The notes under the pieces were generated by a model that saw only the letters and a program-made list of their open reading frames with translations, ran no database searches and had not been told where the DNA came from. 59,412 nt of DNA from Polymyxa betae A26-41. Its lineage: Eukaryota; Protista; Endomyxa: Phytomyxea. This document shows, piece by piece, positions 49,874 through 59,412 of the stretch. The stretch is taken from positions 1 through 59,412 of the forward strand of contig RBZT01000654.1 of assembly GCA_003693705.1 (NCBI GenBank), in the 5' to 3' direction. How positions within the stretch are numbered: position 1 is the stretch's first letter; every line of letters begins with the position of its first letter. The translations under genes were made by a program, and so were the position numbers.

Positions 49874-51608
49874 TTATTGGCGTGCAGCATTTGCTTTCGT
49901 TAGCTCATCAATAAATTTCTCCAGGGGCATCGTTATGGGCTCGGCTGCCGCATCCCGATCGCGAATCGTCACGGTCTGGTTCTGGGCCTCGTCCTCACCA
50001 ACCACAGCCAAGCGGTTATACTGAAGCTGGACGGCGTTCCGCATGCGGCGCCCGAGCGTCGTGTCGGCCGCATCGAGATCAGCATAGAACCCAGCGCTGC
50101 GACATCGTCGCAGGACGTGTCGGGCGTACGACGCTGAACGTTCCGATACGGGCAGGATGCAGACCTGTCGCGGGCTGAGCCACAAGGGCCAGTACCCGGC
50201 GTAGTGCTGGACGAGCATGGAGATCATGCGCTCGACTGAGCCTAGAATGGCGCGATGCACCATGATTGGCGTCTTACTGACCCCATCCTAAACAATACTT
50301 TCAGTGTCCCTGAAACCCTAAAACCCTAACTGTTGATGAACCCTGAACCGACCTGATCGATGTATTGAAGTTGGAACCTGGCAGGTAGGTTCATATCGAG
50401 TTGGATCGTGCCGCATTGATGCTGACGTCCAGCAGAATCCTGGATTCGACAGTCGATTTTGGGACCGTAGAAGGCGCCGTCGCCTGGGTTGGCAACGAAC
50501 GGTCGGCCGGTCGCACGCAGGCTCGCTTCCAACGCTTGTTCAGAGGCGTCCCAGACGGCATCATCGCCGATCAGACCGGAACCCAACGGCCGAGTTGACA
50601 AAGCTAATTCATACGTGAAGCCAAATGTTGAATAAACCTGCGATCAACAACCATTTACAAGATTGCAACGAGGAGGTCATCAACTTAGGAAACAGAAAAG
50701 CCTCGAACAACTTGATTATTCCTTCAGCTCACTCAAAGCGGTCATGAAAGAGACAAAAAGCCAATTGTGCCGTAATAAGCAACGGCGAAAGGAATGCAAA
50801 AGAGAATAAAGTCGCGAACCTGTTCGATCATCTCCAAGCAAGCGCTGATCTCATCCTGAACCTGATCCTGACGACAGAAAATATGGGCATCATCCTGATG
50901 GAATCGCCGCAAGCCTGGTGCATCCTTGGGTCAGTATTCCAGCACAGCCACCAGCAGACGGGCTTACGCGTCAATCCGGATAGGGCGCCGGACGCCTCGT
51001 CGCTGCGAAACGTGTCAACATTGACGCCAGGCGATACCTAGGCGACAACCTTACCGATGTAGAGCGCTGAAATCGGCGAACCGGACCGGTAGTTGCCGGT
51101 ACGACCACGACTGCTTGCCGTACACGACACAATGGGCCGGACAGTTCATCGGCTTCAGACCCCAGCTGCCATCTGAACGCCATCAGCGACAAAATGTCAT
51201 ACGCAGGTCATGGTCGAACCGGCCCCCAGGTCGGCATGACGGGCCCGACGGGTGATGCCGAACATCTCGTTCTCGTAGTGGTCGTGATGGCCGCTCGTCT
51301 TCCAGAGCTCCTGGCGGAACATTAAAGGAGTGACCAGCTCATCGTAGTCGTGAACTCGATACAGGGATCGCATCATTTCTATTAGACGATTGAAGACGCG
51401 CGTTCCTGCGTAGCAATCAGCTGTGTTGAACGCCTCGGTGAAGGTCGTGACCATGCGGGAGCAGGAAGGCCTGCCCGGGCGCCGACTCATCGAACATGAA
51501 GAGTTTCTGACGTGTGCCGATGCATTGCGTATTGACGGCTGGCGCAGCTGTCGCCACTGCCTGCGAGGAGAAGAACAGGCGATGACGACCTGCCAGGTTG
51601 AGGATCAT
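49874..51608 (-). CDS. Threonyl-tRNA synthetase, mitochondrial type without the N-terminal editing domain; multi-exon
   Basis: Presequence [15 protein letters not shown]; [68 protein letters not shown] and anticodon domain. Confidence 0.93.
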
Positions 51609-51932
51609 GACGCCGCAATAGGATGAAGGTGACTCGAAGATGATGATGACGGCCACCGCACTATTACCGGGACATCCAGCACATACGGTAGTTCGTCATT
51701 TATCATTTTAACAATCTTGATTCGTGACTCTTAATAATTGGAATTAGGCCAGATGCTTGCACACTTTCCTATCGCCAAAGGTTTGACAGCCATTGCATAA
51801 AAGGTAATCAGCGGGAGCATAAACGTGAGGAAAAAGCCAGCATGACTGTCGTTTACTGAATGTGAAATTTGCTTGAAAAAAAAACATGAAACTCTCATGA
51901 ATTGGATGTACATATCGAACGGGATCGGATGT

Positions 51933-53992
51933 TTACGCGGTTCTCCATGGAGCTGCACGATAGAAGCAGACATAAGCCATATGCCAATCACCACCACCAA
52001 CCCTGAGATATTGACAACATCAACAATTGCATCAACAGGATGAAAACGCACAGTTTCTGAATATCATCTTCGGTCTGCTTAGTGACGACATTATCGTCAT
52101 ATTGGAACCATTCTCCTTTGTTTTTGCCCTTCGCCCAGCCAATGTAATGCCCAGAATCGGCAGCTCGTCCCTATCATAACATCAGCATTATTAAAATTCA
52201 CGATGGGATTCGTTAACCTTATGAGTAATCAAGGCGAATAGCTCGTAAAGGCCCGATTTAGTGTACAAACGAGGATTTGGCGTTTCGACAGGAGCAGGCT
52301 TGCCGTTCTTCTCTACGTCTGCGCGAAAACAGCATCAATGTTCTGTTGCTTGAAAGCAAAGTTAAATAAGAACCGTTTTTGGTAAGAAACTCCAGAGGTT
52401 GTTTCTCCTTCTCTGCTTCCATCTCAGCAAATTTTTTCTCTTCATTGTCTCGATAGGCAGTGAGCTCCTTTTGAAGCTGGGGAGTGCAGTACTGAAGGAC
52501 ATCAAGCCGGAATGGGAAGACAACTTTCTGTCTCGACAATCAACAAAGAAGCAAACAGGATTCAGATTCTGTAAACCAACCCGCATAATCTTTGCTTTCT
52601 TCTGAGTATCCTTTTTCCTGGGACCAAATCAGAAACCGGATTGTCAGCGAGACGAGCCTATTACCAGAAAAATCTAACAAATTGTACAATCAAATACGGT
52701 GGCAATTGGGCAATGCGATCAACTTTGGTGAAGATGGCGTTTCGAGTGAGGATGGGAGAGTGTTTCTCGATGGATTCCGATAAAGCAGCAGTCAAACCGT
52801 CAGAAAGATGATTCGTATCACCCGAGATATGACAAGACAACTGCATTGAATCTGTGAGACGACAAATATCAAGCGTTCTGCAAGCCGACCTTGGAGAACT
52901 CGTGCATTTTAACTTCGACATTGGCCGCTTTCTGGTCATCAGGAAGCTCATTGCAAGTGATAGTAGACTCCATCTGGCCCACAAACAGACCATTGATCCC
53001 GCTGTTACCCGAAATATCGGATTCATCCGGGAACTTTTTCAGAACCTGATAGACATGTCATGCTATGTTAAGAGCTCTTAGCAATGAGAAGAAACCTCTC
53101 TGAGGGTGTACAAAAGTTGAGTTAACGACTCATCTGCATCTTGCTGCGAATAGCCAGCATTCGATCTTTGAGCAAATTGAGGAAACGCTTCACGAAAGGC
53201 CTGATTCAGATCAGCTCCCATGAATAGTTGCTGAAAATCGTAATACGGAAAGAAAAGCAATTGGAGCAACTGCTTCGACAGAATTATCAAGCGAGAACAG
53301 CATCTGCCCGAGCTTAGCAACGACTTGATTGGATGAAGAATCTTGAGGTCCGCTGAAGCGAGTGACATCGCCACCATTACCGTAGGAGATCAAGTTCTCC
53401 TAAACGTTAATAAGATTTCGGAGATAGAAACAGAGTCAAAGAATCGACCTTAAGCTCAGGAATGGAACGGAAACAGGTGATAGCAGAATTAAGATAACAG
53501 GTATTGCCCAAATTAATTAGACCGCATGGAGCTTCGGCCTGCATAGTTCCAGATTAAACAACATCAAGAATATGCCGAATGTAGAATTACTGTGCCAAGG
53601 TTCGCCTTCTGGCTATCAGTGAGGTCTTCTAAAAAGACGACAGCCTGCTCTGGAGCAGCTACAATTTGATCCGCCGTCCCCATCAAAACAAGGCGACTGC
53701 CATCGGTAATCCGAGCTAGATCTTGGTTCGTCTAAGGAAGAATTGAAAATGAACACCTATTAAGAGGATGGTGGCTTTCTAACCTTCAAGATTTTACCCT
53801 TAAGCATAACTTTCTGCCGATCAGTTGGAACATTAGTCAGAGCGAAGAGTTGAGCGTTTAGAAGCTCCATTGTGCCAGAATGGTCGACTTCAACATCATC
53901 AAACATCTGGCTTTGCCATTTGACCTGGACTGCAATTCGATTCAGAGCTGACGATACGGCCGAGCTGCGACGCCACCTTTAGCAGTGGACAT
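51933..53992 (-). CDS. USP14: Proteasome-associated deubiquitinase USP14/Ubp6; multi-exon
   Basis: UBL N-terminus (VKWQSQMF...LFALTNVPTDRQKVMLKG), GLINLGNTCYLNS, QQDADE, LPPYLIVQFVRFFW, GRAADSGHY, GGGDWHMAY. Confidence 0.95.
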
Positions 53993-54749
53993 CTCTAAAC
54001 TGTTTTCAGAACTTCAGCTCTTAGATACAGATGTGGACAAGTCTGATCAGAATGAGCTCGAGCCAATAATCTCAATCGAGGTGAAATGATTACTGAGCCA
54101 GTCTGCAACTCTGCAACAAGGCGAAAAGTTACAAATCTTATCTTAAAGTGGGCTGCGCGCATCATTTTGTTGATTTTTCAATTTGAATTTTCAAAAAGTT
54201 TGCCTTTCAGAATCGTTGTATGGCTGTATTTGAAGGCTACAACTACCGGTAGATCTGTTTAGACTAACACCATAGTTATAGGCGAATGGTTATCGAATTT
54301 TATGCATACCTGGAGTTGCAATTGATATCATATCTGGATCCACCCGAGTCGTTTTCAGCCGACTGCTGTTCGCATTAAAAAGCAGCTCCTGCAACAAACT
54401 GCTATTACTGTTTGGCCTTACCTGAGATTTTAATCTACCGGCAATTATATCTTCAGCGTAGACTGTGTCGTTTCTCGGTACCTAATAATCCAATTCTTGG
54501 GTCATATGCTTTCTAGACTTCGTTTACTATATAAATTGCAAAAATAAATTCATTAAATAACTTGCAAGAAAGGTAAATTCACTATTATTTGGCCATTTTT
54601 GCTGTCTCTTGTGATGCAGAGCAAGAATGCGGTTATAACAAACTCCTGTTATCCTTCGCTCGTCTTCTCACTGAGGAAGACCTTGACGCGAAATCGCAAC
54701 ATGAACCAATTTACGATGTCCTCCAGTTCTTTGGATCGCCGATAATGTA

Positions 54750-55060
54750 AATTGACCCTTTTTGATCCTGTTCGTGCAATCATATTTTCTCTCCGAAAAA
54801 TCAACGTGCAGCACTTCGCAACAAAGATTCTCTTTAGCCAGTTCTGGATAATGCAACACGCTGGTCGTTGAAATTCCAAATGCTCCGACATTTGTATTAC
54901 CTACTTGCGAGCGTAGAACGATCACTCTGCGCTCGAAAATGTCCATCACAGGACAGAGAGGCCATCGGTTTGGATCCTTACGCTGTTTACTCCAAGCGCT
55001 GACCGCCTGGAAGTTTCTCAACAGGTTTACAATCACCGCAAACATACAGCAGGCATCAAA
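54750..55060 (+). pseudogene. hAT-like transposase relic
   Basis: + frame reads AALRNKDSL*PVLDNATRWSLKFQML, the hAT DxxTRW(N/S) motif. Flanking fragments are frameshifted and contain stops. Confidence 0.5.
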
Positions 55061-55520
55061 TTAAAGATTTGAATATGGAACACAATTTGGATCAGATTTC
55101 GTCAAACGTTTCCCAGCCATTAATCCAAGATTTTTGTATTGCTGATATAGAATACGCTTTGAGTATGGCCAAGGATATACAAATCTTTAATATTTTGCAA
55201 ATCAACGCGAACATAACTCTATCAGAATCGTCTTTGGCCCCAAACAGCTTTCAGTAAAGTAAACGCTTCGCACGTTTGCGATTTTGCTGGTGTCAAATGT
55301 CTCAAATTGCGTTTTTCATGGGCAAAATAGCACCCAAATCCTGATTCGTCACGAATGAAATGTTTACGTACCACGAGAGCACCTAAGTTTAAAGCGAACG
55401 ACTTTTTATTGTGAGATCTTCTTTCGCTAGGTCATTAGGTCAACATACCGACATACGGCATTTCTAATTATTATATGTGAAAATTAGGTGTAATACTAAT
55501 AAATTTTGTATTTTATTAAA

Positions 55521-57756
55521 GGAGTGTGATATTCCGACACCCCACTTTTACTATTCCGACACCCAGTAAATAAAATTGTCAAGGTTTGGAAAATGCGCCA
55601 CTGGCGCAGTTACGGCAACCATCGGTTACACCCAATAACCTCAATTGTTCGTTCTATATATCGAATATAATGGACCCGCCTCCTGAAATGGCGTTCCCTT
55701 CATCTGATGCGCTCATGGAGGCTGTCCAGACATTCGCAACTGCACAGGGATACCTTGTAACCAAGAAACGCACTGTTGAAGGGAAGAAACTCTGGATCAA
55801 ATGCGACAGAAGTGGAAGATATGATGATAGATACAGGGTAGATGACTCCACACGGCAGCGTACCACTTCATCTCGTCTGACGGATTGTCCTTTTGAACTT
55901 TATGCACGTGTACTTGCTTCAGATAAGCAATGGCATCTCAAGGTGAAATGCGCCGAGCACAATCACATCAGGTCCGAATCTTTATCGGGCCATCCTATAG
56001 CTAGACGTCTCAATGAGGCACAGAAAGCTTCGGTCCAACAGATGTTTGATTCTGGAATCTCTCCTCGGGACACTCTTACGACCTTGCGACAAGCTAATGA
56101 CAATCTGCCTGTTGTTGCACGAACAATCTATAATGCAAGAGCTGCGGCTAGGCGTGAATCTTTGAATGGGCGTACTCCCATCGAAGCTCTTCTGCACGAA
56201 CTTCGTGAAAAAGGCTACAAATACGAATATCAAGTTGATGGGATAAATCGCATTACACATCTGTTTTTTGCACATCCGTTCTCTTTGCGATTGTCCCAAC
56301 TGTACTCAACGGTGATTCTGATGGACTGTACGTACAAGACCAACAAATTCAAAATGCCATTGCTTCATGCTGTAGGAATATATGCTTCGCGTTCTTAAAA
56401 GAAGAAAAAGAAGCAGACTATGTTTGGTTTTACAACAAGAATACAGACTTTTTCCTGAATAACGTTTGCCCGAGACCATTGTGACGGATCGAGAGCTGGT
56501 TTTAATGAACGCCCTGCGGTCAGAGTTCCCAGATTCTGTTAATTTACTTTGCGCTTGGCATAACGTGACCGCCAAATGCAAACCGTTTTTCACAAATGGA
56601 GAAGATTGGGAACGTTTTCTCTCTCTATGGGTGAAGGTAACTGGATTCTACAACTGTTGGAGCGATTTGTTTCTAATTCAGACTTTCAGACTTGTCGCTC
56701 TCAGACTGAAGAGCAGTTTGACATAAATTGGATGGAGATCAATATCTCATTTTCAAGCACGCCTGGAGTTTTAAACTATCTACTTGAGACTTGGATACCA
56801 TATAAGGAACGGTTCGTATCGGCATGGGCTGATACGAAGATCCATTTCGGAAACGTGAATACCTCACGAGTTGAAGGACAGCATCAAGCTGCCATCAAGA
56901 ATTATCTGAAAGTCTCGACTTGGGACATTCGTGATGTTTGCAATCGCATTGACCTGTTAATGCAAAATCAGTGGAAAGAGTATGAAGCTAAACTTTCGAG
57001 CAATCGAATACGAGTATCGCATTGTCTTAATGTTCCATTCTACCGGAATGTCATTCGAAAAATTTCAACATTCGCTTTATTGCAAGTCCATAAGCAGTTT
57101 CGAATCTCTAAGCAGCCTTCAAATGAAATGGAATCTCGGTGCTCATTCACGTTCACTTCTTCTATGGGATTGCCTTGTTCGCATGCGATTAAAATCAGAA
57201 TGGCACAGAACGATGTCTTATCGGTTGATGATTTTCATCCACAGTAGCGAATAGACGGCAGCTGTCCACCAGCAGCTATCAACCCTCAATCTGATATTCC
57301 CGATATCGAACCGTTGCTAGCTTCTATTGCTAGATCGTACGATACGCTGCCGCAACATCAGCAAGCAGAAACTATCAACCAACTGTATTTCATTGCAAAC
57401 CAATCACATGATGCCCCGTCTAATTTTCAGACGGCAATAACAAGAGGACGACCATCTGGGGCCAGAAATAGGGAGGACACCAGCACCAGAAGACATCCTT
57501 CTGCTTTTGAAAGAGCCGATAGTCAGCCCAGAGCGGCGAGACGTTGCAGACAGTGTGGCCAAACGGGGCATGATAGACGTACCTGCTCAATCCGTCCTGA
57601 AGAAACATCTTGCATCGAGTATGGAATGCCCGACTCATTCTGATAATACTCCTAATAAATTCGGAAAATGCGCCAGTGGCGCATTTTTCAAACCTTGACA
57701 ATTTTGTTTTCTGGGTGTCGGAATAGTAAAAGTGGGGTGTCGGAATATCACACTCC
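55521..57756 (+). mobile_element. Mutator-like (MULE) DNA transposon, 2236 bp, intact ends
   Basis: 88-bp TIRs (55521-55608 and 57669-57756, 3 mismatches, ends GGAGTGTGATATTCCGACACC) flanked by the 9-bp TSD TTTATTAAA (55512-55520 and 57757-57765). Confidence 0.96.
55669..57643 (+). pseudogene. MULE transposase, disrupted
   Basis: FAR1/WRKY-like Zn domain (KCDRSG...CPF...HNH), DDE motifs (MDCTYKTNKFKMPL, IVTDRE, LLCAWH, TSRVEGQH), SWIM (GLPCSHAI), CCHC knuckle (CRQCGQTGHDRRTC). Broken by an apparent deletion/frameshift near 56380 and in-frame stops (~56460, 57245). Confidence 0.9.
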
Positions 57757-59117
57757 TTTATTAAATTTTCTTATATAGTGACATTGTTGATTTATAAAGA
57801 ATCAGACTGGCTAGCCGCCGGGACGGCCGGCTGCCATCACCGGCGGCTGCCATCACCGTACCCAGACAAAAGATAGTTTTAATCTCAAATACAGATACTG
57901 GCGCCGGGCCGCCCGGGCGACCAAAAACGACGCTTCCGCCAGCAGGCCGAGCAGTTCACTGCAGAAAGCCAACGGGAAGACTGTTAAGGTCCGCCCAGCG
58001 CGCCAGGAGTCATTGGCGAACTGCTAGGCGCATTCGGCGATCTGCCAGACGCCCTGCCCAACACGCCGGGCTCTCTGGCCAGCGGCTTGCCCAAATTGAC
58101 TCAACTCGGCGAAGAGTGTTGAGATCGCATCCATGTTTTCTACTGTGGAGATGTCACAGTAGGTTGATATCGTTTCATGAGGAATCCCTGTCGCTCCTTC
58201 CACGACAGAGAGGTGCTCTCATTGCTTCCAGTCTTTCTGCTGACATGGCTTAGATGGAACGGGATCACGACTCTGTAACGAGTATGGGCCCCCGCGTTCC
58301 GTTCATCAGTTTTTCGGAGCTGTCCGATCATCGGTTTTTGAATATTGAGATTACTCTCTGTACAGTGTAATTTCGGATAAGATTTGGGTTTCCTCCCTCC
58401 AGCAATTCGAATTTCGAAACTTGAAATGTATCCGAATTCATGATGAAAATGTATATCTTCAGGCAAAGTTCTGACGATCTCAGTTCCTGTCTCCAAGAGC
58501 CGGCGCCCGATACATCACAACATGTTGTGAAGCATTCAAACCCCATAACCCTCTTGGGGCGCCCCCATAACACCATTCCGGAATTTCTTGTATACATCAA
58601 GTAATGCAGGCCGATCCCATTTCCAGTCAGTCCAGTATATATCGTTCTGGAATCCGGTCTCAGACAGATCATATCCAGCGCAGTTGGTGATCATGAATCC
58701 ACCAATACCGCCATCGCAGTCATCACTACAGTGCGTTTCCCGCATCAACGCCTGCCGCCTTGATACCATCATCGACACAGTTCATCCAAACCATGACAAC
58801 CTTGGTGCAGCTCTTACCGAACTTGACATCGATTCGTCATTCCAATGAACTGATGAAGAAGTATGTCAGTTCATTCCAGGCTGCTAAACAGGTTGAAAGC
58901 GTGGCAATTCTTCAATCGAAGTACTCGATCGAGCTAAGCAGCATTCCCGAAAAAAACTAGTACTGTCTCTTTCGAACCAAGGGTGCCGAATCAAAAGCGC
59001 ATCTGCGGATGTGATAATCGCACAGCTAAGACAGCGCCTTGACATTCGCTTCTTCAACCTACCCGAAGATGCTTAACAATGGTTCGGCAAAAATCGGTCG
59101 AGACCGATATGTCGCTT

Positions 59118-59412
59118 AGTTTCAGGGAGCGAAGAGCCTCGGCCCAGCGAAGACGACGTTCGCATGGGGTCTCTCCAAGGAATATTCCTATCAAGGACGA
59201 AATGTCACCAACCCACAAGAAGCTAAGATATGAATAAAAATGAGTTTGGCTGAATATCTACAAACCCAAACTTCTTTAACCCCACGATTTCTTCCATTAT
59301 TAAAATAACTATTCTGATGGATTCTGTGATAAAATATCGACCTTGGCACTTAAAAAAAACCAAACATACGAGGTCGTTCGCAGAGTCGAAAAAAAAACGA
59401 GATATACCCCTC
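59118..59412 (-). repeat. Right copy of the window-terminal inverted repeat (295 bp)
   Basis: Reverse complement of 1-293. Similarity stops abruptly at 59118, in the middle of the ORF seen at the left end. Confidence 0.97.

Noticed and set aside
51731-52051. 106-aa hydrophobic ORF
   Set aside because: It overlaps the last intron, last exon (different frame) and 3' UTR of USP14.

Overview
This is eukaryotic nuclear DNA from a compact, intron-rich protist genome (GT-AG introns mostly about 45-60 bp, short intergenic spacers). Interstitial AAA(A)CCCT telomere-like motifs and the gene style would fit a phytomyxid or related rhizarian, but the taxon is only inferred. The core (about 1.4-54 kb) holds roughly 25 spliced host genes and a tRNA-Arg(CCT). 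Recognisable genes: RBM25, CABLES-like, a Pho80-type cyclin, a STE11-type MAP3K, a TALE homeobox, a RING-H2 ligase, SRP54, exportin-7, V-ATPase c'', CCDC86, ACL4, MscS, a RhoGAP, an ankyrin protein, DDRGK1, mitochondrial ThrRS and USP14. The window starts and ends in a near-perfect inverted repeat of about 293 bp. The left copy runs into an AT-rich, intronless, degraded gene array containing a frameshifted A32-like packaging ATPase (Polinton/PLV-type remnant, absent from the ORF track). The right end is a pile of mobile DNA: a hAT relic, a complete but inactivated 2.2-kb Mutator element (88-bp TIRs, 9-bp TSD) and an unexplained degraded segment. Unusual proteins include a SHI/STY-like zinc finger, an LDL3-like amine oxidase-SRI fusion, an RPEL-RhoGAP-WW2-(calpain domain III)x3 protein, and a CapZIP/FAM21-like protein whose tail grew by tandem duplication of a 72-bp exon plus 44-bp intron. 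Exon boundaries were read by eye, and family calls rest on remembered motifs, not database searches.
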